Virus record (IMG/VR): IMGVR_UViG_3300018080_000199
Location: 1-59,678 of that record
Length of the DNA stretch: 59,678 bases
Source of the DNA: a virus
Taxonomy: Duplodnaviria; Caudoviricetes
Strand: one strand, 5' to 3'
The translations under genes were made by a program, and so were the position numbers. Position 1 is the first letter of the stretch; every line of letters starts with the position of its first letter. The notes beneath the pieces are model-generated. The model ran no database searches. It saw only the letters and a list, made by a program, of their open reading frames with translations, and was not told the DNA's origin. This document shows positions 28,376 to 38,719 of the stretch, piece after piece.

Positions 28376-28857
28376 TTAAATCTGATGCCTTGTTCTCAGA
28401 TTGTAAACGTTATCGTTACACATTAATACGACAATGGAGTCACGGGCCAAGAAGTATTGCCTTCATTGGTCTTAACCCTAGTACCGCTGATGAAATCAAG
28501 AATGACCCCACTGTAGCTAAATGTATACGTTGGGCAAAGAAATGGGGTTATAATGAAATGTGGATGCTTAATATCTTCGCTATAAGATCCACAAACCCTA
28601 AGTATCTACGCATGGTTGCCGACCCTATTGGGTTTGGTAATGATACTGCAATATCCCATATAACAAGTAAAGTAACTACTATTGTATGTTGTTGGGGAAC
28701 TGGTGGAGAATTTCTACATCGTGGATATCGTGTATGGCATGATTTACTAAATCATTCTGAGACTCATTGCCTTGGCTATACAAAAGCTGGTCATCCACGT
28801 CATCCTTTATATATGCGTAATGATACTAATTTACAGGAGTTTAGTTATGAGAGATAA
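28372..28857 (+). CDS. DUF1643 domain protein
   Basis: YRYTL.R.W, FIGLNPSTADE..NDPT, NIFAIRSTNP, CWG, GHPRHPLY. Confidence 0.9.
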   Translation: MIKSDALFSDCKRYRYTLIRQWSHGPRSIAFIGLNPSTADEIKNDPTVAKCIRWAKKWGYNEMWMLNIFAIRSTNPKYLRMVADPIGFGNDTAISHITSKVTTIVCCWGTGGEFLHRGYRVWHDLLNHSETHCLGYTKAGHPRHPLYMRNDTNLQEFSYER

Positions 28858-29013
28858 ACGTGATATGGAACTTGAACTTATTGAGCGATGGATTAATTCA
28901 AGGATCTTGGAATTAGCAAAACAATATGAGTTAAAACTCACAGAAATAATTCTAATATTAGGACGAGTTATTGGGCATTGGACAAAGTACCTTAGACGCT
29001 ATAGGAGAAGATA

Positions 29014-29622
29014 ATGGGACTTAGAAATTTACACGGTAATATGTTATGCGCTATTGATACTGAGACAACTGGTCTTGATCCACGGAGACATGATATTATT
29101 CAGATTGCAATTCTACCACTCAACGAACATATTCAACCAGATAAAAGATTCCTTCCTTTTAACATCCATATTAAACCCTCACGCCCTGAGAATATTGAGC
29201 AATCAGCTATGAGAGTAAATAAAATTAATTTAGCACATTTAATGGTACATGGCATGGATTCTTTCCAAGCAGCAGATCTACTAGATGAATGGTTTGAGAA
29301 ATTACGACTACCACTTGGCAGAAAGATTGTACCTTTAGGTCAGAATTATGCTTTTGATAGAGGCTTCATACGAGAATGGTTAGGTCATTTAAATTATGAC
29401 CATCTATTTCATTATCATTATAAAGATACAATGATTGCTGCTCAATACATAAATGATAGGGCGGAAATCCATGGGAATTATCCGCCCTTTTCAAAAGGTA
29501 GTTTAAAACGTATTGCTAGTACTTTGGAAATTGATTATGAAAATGCACATGACGCTTTAGCAGACTGTGTTATTGTGTCTGAGTGCTATCGTCGGATGAT
29601 GAGGATGTATCTTGGGGTATAA
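29014..29622 (+). CDS. DEDDh 3'-5' exonuclease (DnaQ-like)
   Basis: IDTETTG, QNYAFD, KDT, AHDALAD. Confidence 0.9.
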   Translation: MGLRNLHGNMLCAIDTETTGLDPRRHDIIQIAILPLNEHIQPDKRFLPFNIHIKPSRPENIEQSAMRVNKINLAHLMVHGMDSFQAADLLDEWFEKLRLPLGRKIVPLGQNYAFDRGFIREWLGHLNYDHLFHYHYKDTMIAAQYINDRAEIHGNYPPFSKGSLKRIASTLEIDYENAHDALADCVIVSECYRRMMRMYLGV

Positions 29623-30853
29623 TCCATTCAGGATTGAAACGCTTAGACATATCATCCAGAATCTTACGATGGCGGAGAAACCTCTTAGGATTGCCGTTAC
29701 GTGAAGGCTCATAGCCTATGGCTTTCGCGTAGCGGCAATCTTCATTTACACAAGCATCAAAACACAAGAACCTGATCTTATCAATACCGAAAATCTTACA
29801 AAACCCAATTGCTAACTGTGCTGTAAGACTTGTATCCCTCATTCCAAGATCAACAGGTTTAAAGATAAAACGATTCTCAAACCCTCTCCCACAAGCCTGA
29901 GATAAAAAGCTCACCAACATTTTAGTTGTAATCTTATTAGGGACACAAGTATCTTTAAGATGTGGATCTTGCTGAATAACAAATAACGGATTCTCTAATC
30001 CAAGTTTCTCTACAACATGGATACTTTCATTAAGACATATTACTGGCCCATCATTATTGATATCATCCTTGCTAAGATAATCTAAACTTGGACCTTTCCC
30101 AATGATATTAGCATATTTGCCCTTAAACAGATCCTTAAATACTGAAGTATCTGAATGCGGCATCTCAGGATACCAACGCAATCTTCCAAAACGTTTTAAG
30201 TGCTTATCCATATAATCTTCTGTAGGCTTATGCCTACGAATAAGCGCATAAGTACCATCTGACAAGATGCGAACCTTTTTAGGTAATACAAATCCTTCGC
30301 CCATGAGTTTTTCCTCCTGTGAGTCTTTATACTTTCTACTAGCTTGATGATGCACGATAACGGGATTTTCAACCCGTCGCATAAGATCAAAGATTTTAAT
30401 ATATTCCTTAGGGAGTTCTCTAAAACCCCAATTTGGATGCCGTTTTATTACTCTATCCATGACCTCTTGATCATAGACTCTTGGATGTTGTTTTTGTAAT
30501 TCAATCCACTCATCTAGAAATTGAAACATGTAAGGACACTTCTTGATGAAGAGCGTGCCACTAAGAGCCTCCTTACCACGGAACCTATAATAATAGAATA
30601 CCCCATCAAAGATATCTTCTGGTGCTCTTTCAAATGTAGCATCTGCATCTACATAAAGAATATCCCCACATCGCATAAGAGCATGTTTAAGAAATTCTGG
30701 TTTTATAGCACAATTCCTTACCCATTCCCCACGATCTTCATACCCCTTGAAATAATACCCCACATTAAATTTTTGCAAACTAGTTTCAAGTGTCTTAATA
30801 ATATTCTCATACGGGGTATCTCTCGTATAAAATGCTACAACAGTATACATCAC
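29570..30853 (-). CDS. two-domain glycosyltransferase-like protein
   Basis: N-domain KPEFL...LYVDAD (DxD), SGTLF, DQEV, HHQASR; C-domain IIGKGPSLD...ICLNE..GIDKI.FLCFD (DUF115/GT29-like Rossmann). Confidence 0.75.
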   Translation of the reverse strand: MMYTVVAFYTRDTPYENIIKTLETSLQKFNVGYYFKGYEDRGEWVRNCAIKPEFLKHALMRCGDILYVDADATFERAPEDIFDGVFYYYRFRGKEALSGTLFIKKCPYMFQFLDEWIELQKQHPRVYDQEVMDRVIKRHPNWGFRELPKEYIKIFDLMRRVENPVIVHHQASRKYKDSQEEKLMGEGFVLPKKVRILSDGTYALIRRHKPTEDYMDKHLKRFGRLRWYPEMPHSDTSVFKDLFKGKYANIIGKGPSLDYLSKDDINNDGPVICLNESIHVVEKLGLENPLFVIQQDPHLKDTCVPNKITTKMLVSFLSQACGRGFENRFIFKPVDLGMRDTSLTAQLAIGFCKIFGIDKIRFLCFDACVNEDCRYAKAIGYEPSRNGNPKRFLRHRKILDDMSKRFNPEWIIPQDTSSSSDDSTQTQ

Positions 30854-31809
30854 ACAAACTCCTTATGAGCCATATCCATAACAAGATAGCTAAGAACCTC
30901 ATTATATTTATCATAATAGCATTTCTTACATATACTTCCATTAAATGAGCTAGTATACTTAAACTCATTCCATCTACACATTCTGAATTTCTTTGGCATT
31001 GTCCGTAATTCATCACTAGCATATTGAACACCACAACATGGGTAAACATACCCATCAGCATTAATCGTGGGTTTAAGTAATGAGATATAACATTGTGGTG
31101 TCCCACGAGTAAAAATATTTCGATATTGAAATAATGCCTTATCTGTTATCTCTTTACAATTTCTTCTCACCATATCCATCATCTTAATAAGATACTCCTC
31201 ATTAGCATGAAGAATATCCTGTACAAAACGAATATGAGTTATATTAGGGGTTCTTTCTGCTAATTGACTAACTCGTATAGCTGTATTCATATTGGCACTA
31301 TCTGTTACCGTAAAACTAATCCCAATATCTACGTCAGGAAGTAAAGCACAAATCTTCTCAATAAGACAAGTATCATAAGAACCTTCAGGTTCATAAACAG
31401 ATATTCGAACCCAAGTAAGAGCCTGATTTAGTAAATCATAAGGGATCTTACCTCTAGGAATCACCATTCCATTTGTTACAAGGCCGCTCTTTATATTTAG
31501 AGATATTGCATGTTCAAGAATTTTTCCAAAATTAGAATGGACAGTAGGTTCACCACCACCCGTTATTGTCATTGACTCAGTACCAAGATTCGAGAATTCG
31601 TTAAGAATTTCCCGGATCTCTCCAATATCAAGCTCAAGACTTCTTTCTACTTTAGAACAAGAACACCAACTACATTTTTGATTGCACCGATTAGTAGGGA
31701 CAAATTGAATATGAATAGGTGTAATATGTCCATCCCTAACTGCATTAGGGTGTTTCAAAAGTTTCCATGGCATTTCTCCAGCAGCAGTATAACTAAGCTG
31801 TCGATACAT
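30850..31809 (-). CDS. radical SAM protein with SPASM/twitch domain
   Basis: CNQKCSWC, TGGGEPT, VTNG; C-terminal C...INADGYVYPCC...CKKC. Confidence 0.92.
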   Translation of the reverse strand: MYRQLSYTAAGEMPWKLLKHPNAVRDGHITPIHIQFVPTNRCNQKCSWCSCSKVERSLELDIGEIREILNEFSNLGTESMTITGGGEPTVHSNFGKILEHAISLNIKSGLVTNGMVIPRGKIPYDLLNQALTWVRISVYEPEGSYDTCLIEKICALLPDVDIGISFTVTDSANMNTAIRVSQLAERTPNITHIRFVQDILHANEEYLIKMMDMVRRNCKEITDKALFQYRNIFTRGTPQCYISLLKPTINADGYVYPCCGVQYASDELRTMPKKFRMCRWNEFKYTSSFNGSICKKCYYDKYNEVLSYLVMDMAHKEFV

Positions 31810-32533
31810 GATTTACTCCCCATTCCCTTCCACTATTACGTACAATTATACCTCGTCTAGCCTCATATAATCGTTTATTAAATTGTAGGGCTTTTCTACT
31901 TCGTCCTGGGCCATTACGTTCATGGTAAAGATGTACGCATCTAGCATTAATTGATATATACTTACAACCAAAATCTTGAAGTCTTGTCACAAAATCATTA
32001 TCATCATAGGCTTGCCCAATAAAATCTTCATCATAACCACCTATATGTAGGTAAAGCTCTCTACTCATTGCAAAAAGAAATGGGAGCTTAGTATTTAAAT
32101 CTGGTAATCTTTCATAAATTTCTTCACTATGTTTCCCGTACTTCTGAAGATAACGTAAATAATCCCCATTATCATCTTTACCTTGCGGTATTGCCAATCC
32201 CATTGGCTCATAAGCAATAGTTTGAGCTAATTGATTTATTAAATCATTATCTACATGATAAATTTCAGCACAAGATAATACTACAATATCACCCATAGCC
32301 TGCCTCACACCAATATTTAATGCGAACCCTGGTATCCTCCAGTGAGGATTCTTTAAATTATGATACCCAGTAAAAATATACTGTGTACCATGTTTATTCG
32401 CTATGGCTTGTGTGTCATCTGGTAAACCATCATTAACAATAATTATTTCTAGATTATGTCTATGAATACTCGGCAATGTTAATTGCAGTAAATGATCTCT
32501 ATGAAATGTCGTTAATATTAGACTAGTTAGCAT
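31793..32533 (-). CDS. GT2-family glycosyltransferase
   Basis: LILTTFHR, EIIIVNDG, ALNIGVRQA.GD, IGGYDEDF.G.AYDDNDF, HLYH. Confidence 0.88.
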   Translation of the reverse strand: MLTSLILTTFHRDHLLQLTLPSIHRHNLEIIIVNDGLPDDTQAIANKHGTQYIFTGYHNLKNPHWRIPGFALNIGVRQAMGDIVVLSCAEIYHVDNDLINQLAQTIAYEPMGLAIPQGKDDNGDYLRYLQKYGKHSEEIYERLPDLNTKLPFLFAMSRELYLHIGGYDEDFIGQAYDDNDFVTRLQDFGCKYISINARCVHLYHERNGPGRSRKALQFNKRLYEARRGIIVRNSGREWGVNHVSTA

Positions 32534-32777
32534 TTTTACAATCCATACAATTTAAGGCAGTTATTTCTTGATTTGTAAATTTACACCACATAACAATTTT
32601 AGGTGATCGACAACATTTTCTATCTATAGCTTTCTCATCTCTAAATCCACACTCTGGAATAATAGGGTGAAAAAGAAAAGGATCACCTCTATCCCTAATA
32701 TAACCCTCGGGGCAAGCTGGTGGCTTACCCCGAGGAGGAGCAAATTTATCACCGTTCTTTAAGAGTCTGAACCGCAT
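32523..32777 (-). CDS. Cys-rich hypothetical protein
   Basis: Several Cys pairs; coupled ORF. Confidence 0.55.
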   Translation of the reverse strand: MRFRLLKNGDKFAPPRGKPPACPEGYIRDRGDPFLFHPIIPECGFRDEKAIDRKCCRSPKIVMWCKFTNQEITALNCMDCKNAN

Positions 32778-33081
32778 TAATGAACCCTGTTAGATCGGAT
32801 GCCTTGATAGCATAATACCCACCAAGATCCATATTTGTAAGAATATCTTCTTTACCCTCAATTGTTACCGGGATCTTACTATTGCTAGCAATCTTGATCG
32901 CACCCTTGCATTCCTGAGGAGTTTTAAAATTTGAGACATAAACTATCCTAACCTTCTCTTTCACCCCTATTACGCACCCACTTGTACTGATCATACAACT
33001 CATCATTAGTACTAATAGTACTATCCAATGGACCTTCCACTGGTTCAATTGAAATTTCTCTTGCAGGAGTTTTAAGGGCAT
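32749..33081 (-). CDS. putative lipoprotein (o-spanin-like); start uncertain
   Basis: Hydrophobic stretch followed by lipobox-like TSGC; overlaps a small upstream membrane gene. Confidence 0.5.
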   Translation of the reverse strand: MPLKLLQEKFQLNQWKVHWIVLLVLMMSCMISTSGCVIGVKEKVRIVYVSNFKTPQECKGAIKIASNSKIPVTIEGKEDILTNMDLGGYYAIKASDLTGFINAVQTLKER

Positions 33082-33142
33082 CTTTTAATACCTCCGCAAT
33101 AATCTTACTAACAAACCCAAGTATCCAGCTAAAAATTGCCAT
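32948..33142 (-). CDS. small membrane protein (i-spanin-like, tentative)
   Basis: MAIFSWILGFVSKIIAEV hydrophobic N-terminus; overlaps the lipoprotein gene. Confidence 0.4.
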   Translation of the reverse strand: MAIFSWILGFVSKIIAEVLKDALKTPAREISIEPVEGPLDSTISTNDELYDQYKWVRNRGEREG

Positions 33143-33275
33143 CTTTCTTTTTCCTCTTATTAGCTTGGGCAATTAAATATGCTGTATAAGCCCTATTTGC
33201 TTTCTCTTTAGAGGTATATATACAAGGGCCATTACCAATACGCCATTTACCATTTGAACATTTACGAACCGGCAT
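33129..33275 (-). CDS. small basic protein (48 aa, below ORF-track cutoff)
   Basis: MPVRKCSNGKWRIGNGPCIYTSKEKANRAY...; fills the gap with TGATG coupling. Confidence 0.55.
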   Translation of the reverse strand: MPVRKCSNGKWRIGNGPCIYTSKEKANRAYTAYLIAQANKRKKKDGNF

Positions 33276-33481
33276 CATCGTCTCCTGAAACTCTTTAATG
33301 TTTTAGCAAGATTCACACGCCGGAGAAGAGTTGTATTACCAGTGCGTCTTGCTCGGGCTGCCATTTTTGTGAGGTTAAGAGTTCCTTTCTTAGTGATCTC
33401 ACCTTTTTTGGCTGATCGACGTAGCGCACCGGGTTTCTTAATTGCTTTCTTAATCCACTTCTTTTTACGTCGCTTCGCCAT
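33275..33481 (-). CDS. small highly basic phage protein
   Basis: KWIKKAIKKPGALR...RRVNLAKTL; AAGGAGG RBS. Confidence 0.7.
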   Translation of the reverse strand: MAKRRKKKWIKKAIKKPGALRRSAKKGEITKKGTLNLTKMAARARRTGNTTLLRRVNLAKTLKSFRRR

Positions 33482-33505
33482 GATAACCCTCCTTAATTTA
33501 TAAAA

Positions 33506-33943
33506 TTACTTACGCGATTTAAACTTACTAAGTAATTGCTTAATAAGTGAGCTAACTTTCTCCTCGCCCCATGAAAGAACAATATCCCTAGCCGGTCCAG
33601 TGGCAAGTTCTTTAGCGGTTTTAAGGGCAGCAGCTTCAAGTTGCTTTGCCTCTTCTTTTGAGATCTTACCATCTGCTGCTGCTTTCTTAATTCCATTAGC
33701 TATAGGCTGTTGCTGTGCCATACCTTGAAGAAGGGCATCAATAGCTGCTTTCTCAGCATCGGATATATCCATCTTATCCATAATCTTTTTAACAAACGTC
33801 CGAAGTAAATGCCATAACCCCACAAAAACTGTTGCCACAATAAGTGCTGCAATATTAACCCACCACCCCTCCAATAATACATTATCCTTTGCTGCTGGCA
33901 CACTTGGCTCTAACGCTACAGTAGTTCCAACATCGCCTTCCAT
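33506..33943 (-). CDS. putative holin-like membrane protein
   Basis: Single N-terminal TM followed by a helical domain; follows the tail genes. Confidence 0.45.
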   Translation of the reverse strand: MEGDVGTTVALEPSVPAAKDNVLLEGWWVNIAALIVATVFVGLWHLLRTFVKKIMDKMDISDAEKAAIDALLQGMAQQQPIANGIKKAAADGKISKEEAKQLEAAALKTAKELATGPARDIVLSWGEEKVSSLIKQLLSKFKSRK

Positions 33944-33989
33944 GATTCATCCTCCATACTAATTTACTAAATCAAACTGGACAATCCAG

Positions 33990-36900
33990 TTACTTATAAA
34001 TTACAAGCTGAGCATTATTTCCGCCTGTATTTTGTGCATAAGCAGCAGTATAAGTGGCATAAGAAGTATTTCCCCAGTACTTAGAATCATATAAAATATT
34101 AGAGAGTCGTTTATTCACTCCCCATACATAAGCAGTACTTGTAGTCATACTAGCAAAAAAGCTAAGAGGTAATTTTATTGGTATACGTGGCATTGTGCTA
34201 ATATTAGGTGGAGTATGGCCCATACTCCTATGTAATGCATTTATCTTAGCATAATTAATATTAGCATCAGAAATCATATTCCATAGAGCTAATCCACTTC
34301 CATATGAAGCAGGAGATTCACTTAAAGCAATATGTAAAGTTGTATTATAAGAGAACTGATCATCCCAATCTTGTGAACCAGGATTAGGAATATAACAACA
34401 ATAAGCTGGAACTTCAAGATATACAGCTTTTGCACCAGCTCTTTGAGCAGGTGTAACAGTAAATTGTAAATATCCTCCAGCATCAGATACAAAGAATTGA
34501 GCATAAGTATTTGAATCACTAACATTATATACAACCCAAAGAGTACCAGCAACACTTAAAGTAGTATCAGCTTTAAATGCAGCTAATGAATCATTTTGAG
34601 TATTATCCCATTCTGTTGCTGATCCAGGTGATCCATCAGGCATTCCAGCATTAGTATAACTATCAATACCTTGATAATATTGTTTAGCAGAATATCCAAT
34701 AACTACAGAAGCAGCAGCAATAGCGATATCATCCTCACCTTGTCTGCCAACTGCATCTGCACAATTAATAGTAACTGTATCTGATCCACTACCTCCATTT
34801 ATTGTTACTGCCACAGATTTAGATCCATTAACCCATCCAGTATTATCTGTGTAAGTAGGATTGATATTATCTAAAGGATCAGATTTAACAGGTAAAGTTA
34901 TATTCACATTTCCACTTGGAACATAAGTAGTATCTAATGCGCCATTCCCATCATGAGCCTGTATTGTAATATTAAATGGAGTTCCGCGTGTTATATTATA
35001 ATTATTTGAAGTAACATAGAAGCCTGGATATTGAGTTGCAACAATTACGCTATCATTAAACTGATCTTCCTGATAAAGTATTTCAGCTTCAATACGAATA
35101 TTATTTGGTAAACTTGACATATCTAATAAACAACCATCATATGCCCAAGCTCCATTTTCAAGATTTGCAAGAACATGTCCACCATTATTACTGGCATTTG
35201 AACCAGCATCAAGCCACGTTAATACTTGACCAGTCCCATGATTATAAGCAATAATTTTTAATGTTTCATTGTAAGAAGTATCTCTTGTCCCATTAGGATT
35301 AAGAGTCTCAATAAGTAAATAAAACACTTCCCCACTTACAATTTCACTTGGTGGTGTAATCTCAAGATAATCAGCATTTGCTGCTGTTACTGGCTGTCCA
35401 AACTCAATAGCAGTAACAACAGTCTGTGCTGTTATACCAGCTATTGTAAATTGTGAACTTGTCTTAGGATCATACTTATTAAGTTGATCCTCAGCAACAA
35501 AATTTCCAAAATCACTTCCAGAACCGCCTTTTATATATGTCCCAGAAAATGTATATGTGCCACCAGCCCCTAATGTTATACTCGTAAGCTCATTATCTCC
35601 AGAATCATAAAGCTTATCTTTTGGATCTGAAGTTACGAGATGAATATCAATGACCTCACCTACAAGTCCCCCGGAAAGTGTATAGTCCGCTATGACTGCT
35701 TCGCGTGCTACTGATGCTGGTATACTAGCCCAGGATAACGAGTCAACACGTGCTTCAATAATCAAGAACTCACCAGTCGTAACACTAGCATAATCTACTG
35801 CTGCAACAGTTATTGATGCGGTGTCTGATCCTGAGCCAAGAGTAATTTGCATTGTGTCACTAGACCAAGTACCACCCACAATATTAATATTAATGGTGTT
35901 AAGAACATCTGCTGGATCATTAGAGTTAAGATTCAAAGAAGCAGCAACATTCTCAGAAACCGTATTTCCATCTTCATCTTTAATTCGTATTGCTAATGAG
36001 AAATTAACTCCTCTCTCCACTTCTTCTGGTTCTTGAGTAAACTCAAGAGTATATTGAGGAGGCGGTGGAGGCGGTGGAGGCGGTGGAGGCGGTGGATCTC
36101 CAGGACCATTTTGATCTTCAGTAGGTACATCATATTCAATTTGTGCCCTACCATAACCCACATCACTTGGCATAGGATTACTTGCGCCTACTGGATAAGA
36201 AGGATCACCAGTCCAATAATTAGTATTCTCAAGAGGATTATTACCACCGTCTATATTACCAGCATTTGAAGCTAATTCCGCTTCAAGATGAATAACATTC
36301 TCTTGTGGATCATGATTTATTAAATCAAGAATCCCTCGAATATTATTACTACTAAGAACCGTAAAATCAAAAGTTGCCGGATCAAAATGTTGAAATTCTA
36401 ATGTACGAAGTATAGTATCAATAGCAATACGTCTCCAAGAATTACTATACCGATATCCCCACCATGATGCAGATAACACCACAAGACTCTCAATATTATA
36501 AATATAGAAGTCTTTTTCCAGAACACGTAGACCGAAAGTATTGATATTATTTGAGTACCGATACTCTCGCTCCACGCCTTCTTCTTCCGAATAATCTTTA
36601 CGCCATTTTGCTATAACGCGAGTATAAATATCCTCAGTACTACTAAAGCTTAATTGCATTGTTTTAAGAATTGTATCTGTCTCATCAATAGTACCAGGAG
36701 ATGAGGGGATCTCACTAAGGTATTTAATATATACAATACCATTATCAATAAATAAAGCACAACGAGATTGCCAAGCAATTTCTTCACATAAATCAAGAAC
36801 ATTAGGTTGATCAAAAACTGTAAAACCACAAGGATATTTTTGTAACTTAGTATTCACAGATGTAAAACTAACAGGGTCTGGAGTTAAAGAAGAATAAGTA

Positions 36901-38318
36901 TTTAGTAACCATGAGATAATACTTGCAGCATTAGGGCCTACTGTAGACCGAAGCGAGACATAGATTGTTGACTCCCAATTCTCACCTTGATAGTCCTCAA
37001 GAGAGATTGGAAACTCTAACGTAGTACAATTCTGTGTTCCAAGAGTATTAGAGAGATTAAGTATATAGTAACTCTTAGGGACAGGAGCAAAAATCTTTTT
37101 ACCTCGATAAGTCCGATATGCAAAGACTTCGAGCTTTTCAATAGATGGTATAGCATTAATAACATAGGTAGTATTATAAGAGACCTCTTGATTAACAATT
37201 GTCCCAGGACGTATTGCAAACATACCTTGAACAATAGTAGTTACAGATCTTACTTCTTCATGCTCAGATGATACAAGCGTCTCATACCATGTAGCAATAT
37301 TCTCAATAGTATATGTGGCTCCCCATGAAGATCTTGGTATAGGAGCAGTCTCTAAGATAGTATCATTAAGTGTTAGACGAACGTTTAAGAGTGTTCCACT
37401 TGGTCGCCATGGTTTTGCGAAAAAGTACTTTTGCCCTTCATGACCAACACATTTATTAACCATCGGTCCATGAGTAGGATGATTAACATAACAATAAAGT
37501 CCAATAATGTTTGGCTGATCAATAAGCCATACGACGCTGGCGTCAAGATACGAAGTGTCAAAGAATCTACGATTACCAATAGCAATATTAGTATGATGAG
37601 GTAAGTTCCTTTGTATAACAGTAAAAATATCTTCGTCAAATGTACCTTGAAATCTGATATCAGCAATACGGAGATTAATAGGTGTTCCTTGTGGAAAATC
37701 CTCGCCATTCTCAACTCGAAAATTATCAAAATTATGATTAATACCATAAGCTAATCTACCACGTGCGCGATATTTTACTCGTACTGCTGGAACCTTAAGT
37801 ACTGTACCAAAACAAAGAGGCCATACAACTCCAATAGCTTCTTCTGCAAGATTTGCAAAAGCTCCTGCCTCTGGAGCATAACCTACTGAGCGATCTTCAA
37901 CATAAGATTCAATATCAAAAGATAATGACCTTTCTCCTTCACTCCAATTTATATCTCCTGATATTATACCTTTAAGAACTACTACAAGATCAGATTGTGA
38001 GAGCCCTTCAAAATAATGATATACTGTTATTGAGGTACTCTCAAGAAGAACACGATCAACCTTAGTTTTAAGACTACCATCACTATCATCTAGTTTCACA
38101 TTAGCTGAAGATACTTCGCCTGTTGTATCCTGCTTCCCTTGAGAAGAGATAGCCGAAAAATCAAGCATCTTCCCTTGTACTGACCACCCACCAAGAGAAA
38201 AAGTCTTAAACCCATAATACTCAACACCAGTTGACCAATTAATTTGTAAAATTAATTGTGGCTCAGTACCCAAACGGGTATTTATCTTAGTTTCAGTTGG
38301 AGTAGAAATATTTCTCAT
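33990..38318 (-). CDS. large tail-tip/central tail protein with Ig-like C-terminal domains
   Basis: 1442 aa; WPLCFGTV.KVPA hub-like motif, poly-Pro linker, beta-rich repeats. Confidence 0.75.
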   Translation of the reverse strand: MRNISTPTETKINTRLGTEPQLILQINWSTGVEYYGFKTFSLGGWSVQGKMLDFSAISSQGKQDTTGEVSSANVKLDDSDGSLKTKVDRVLLESTSITVYHYFEGLSQSDLVVVLKGIISGDINWSEGERSLSFDIESYVEDRSVGYAPEAGAFANLAEEAIGVVWPLCFGTVLKVPAVRVKYRARGRLAYGINHNFDNFRVENGEDFPQGTPINLRIADIRFQGTFDEDIFTVIQRNLPHHTNIAIGNRRFFDTSYLDASVVWLIDQPNIIGLYCYVNHPTHGPMVNKCVGHEGQKYFFAKPWRPSGTLLNVRLTLNDTILETAPIPRSSWGATYTIENIATWYETLVSSEHEEVRSVTTIVQGMFAIRPGTIVNQEVSYNTTYVINAIPSIEKLEVFAYRTYRGKKIFAPVPKSYYILNLSNTLGTQNCTTLEFPISLEDYQGENWESTIYVSLRSTVGPNAASIISWLLNTYSSLTPDPVSFTSVNTKLQKYPCGFTVFDQPNVLDLCEEIAWQSRCALFIDNGIVYIKYLSEIPSSPGTIDETDTILKTMQLSFSSTEDIYTRVIAKWRKDYSEEEGVEREYRYSNNINTFGLRVLEKDFYIYNIESLVVLSASWWGYRYSNSWRRIAIDTILRTLEFQHFDPATFDFTVLSSNNIRGILDLINHDPQENVIHLEAELASNAGNIDGGNNPLENTNYWTGDPSYPVGASNPMPSDVGYGRAQIEYDVPTEDQNGPGDPPPPPPPPPPPPPQYTLEFTQEPEEVERGVNFSLAIRIKDEDGNTVSENVAASLNLNSNDPADVLNTININIVGGTWSSDTMQITLGSGSDTASITVAAVDYASVTTGEFLIIEARVDSLSWASIPASVAREAVIADYTLSGGLVGEVIDIHLVTSDPKDKLYDSGDNELTSITLGAGGTYTFSGTYIKGGSGSDFGNFVAEDQLNKYDPKTSSQFTIAGITAQTVVTAIEFGQPVTAANADYLEITPPSEIVSGEVFYLLIETLNPNGTRDTSYNETLKIIAYNHGTGQVLTWLDAGSNASNNGGHVLANLENGAWAYDGCLLDMSSLPNNIRIEAEILYQEDQFNDSVIVATQYPGFYVTSNNYNITRGTPFNITIQAHDGNGALDTTYVPSGNVNITLPVKSDPLDNINPTYTDNTGWVNGSKSVAVTINGGSGSDTVTINCADAVGRQGEDDIAIAAASVVIGYSAKQYYQGIDSYTNAGMPDGSPGSATEWDNTQNDSLAAFKADTTLSVAGTLWVVYNVSDSNTYAQFFVSDAGGYLQFTVTPAQRAGAKAVYLEVPAYCCYIPNPGSQDWDDQFSYNTTLHIALSESPASYGSGLALWNMISDANINYAKINALHRSMGHTPPNISTMPRIPIKLPLSFFASMTTSTAYVWGVNKRLSNILYDSKYWGNTSYATYTAAYAQNTGGNNAQLVIYK
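36058..36095. repeat. 9-bp tandem repeat (GGAGGCGGT)x4 encoding poly-proline
   Basis: Directly visible; encodes a run of 13 Pro. Confidence 0.95.
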
Positions 38319-38327
38319 ATTAAAGCC

Positions 38328-38717
38328 CTAAGGCTGATATCCTTGAAACTCAAGATTAGCAGTATAAACTTCAATACAATTTCCCCATACAATTTTCGTT
38401 TCAGTGACATAATCTAAAGGATTTGTAAGTATATACCCACGCCAGACATTAGCATCATGATCGGTATAACGCACTTCATCACCAGCACTCGTTTCTAGAA
38501 AAGTAATAAACTCTTCGATCTTGGCCTTTGTGAGATTCACCCAAGAGAGAAGAAGCTTTTGATTCATAGGTGTACGACGATGAGAATTAATCTCACCATC
38601 CATTGTGATCTTAAATTGAGTTTTAAGATCTAATTGCTCCGAGTTACCTAACTCTGGATTCCGAAGATCCAGAGTTAGGGTCGGAGTTGCATATGGGTGC
38701 CCAAACTGTACTGCCAT
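38328..38717 (-). CDS. minor tail protein (distal-tail-like)
   Basis: LRNPELG...YTDHDANVWRGYILTNP; paralog of 45141-45581. Confidence 0.6.
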   Translation of the reverse strand: MAVQFGHPYATPTLTLDLRNPELGNSEQLDLKTQFKITMDGEINSHRRTPMNQKLLLSWVNLTKAKIEEFITFLETSAGDEVRYTDHDANVWRGYILTNPLDYVTETKIVWGNCIEVYTANLEFQGYQP

Positions 38718-38719
38718 TA

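Noticed and set aside
32749-33943. Complete lysis cassette
   Set aside because: No endolysin was recognised in the window; holin and spanin calls rest only on hydrophobicity and position.
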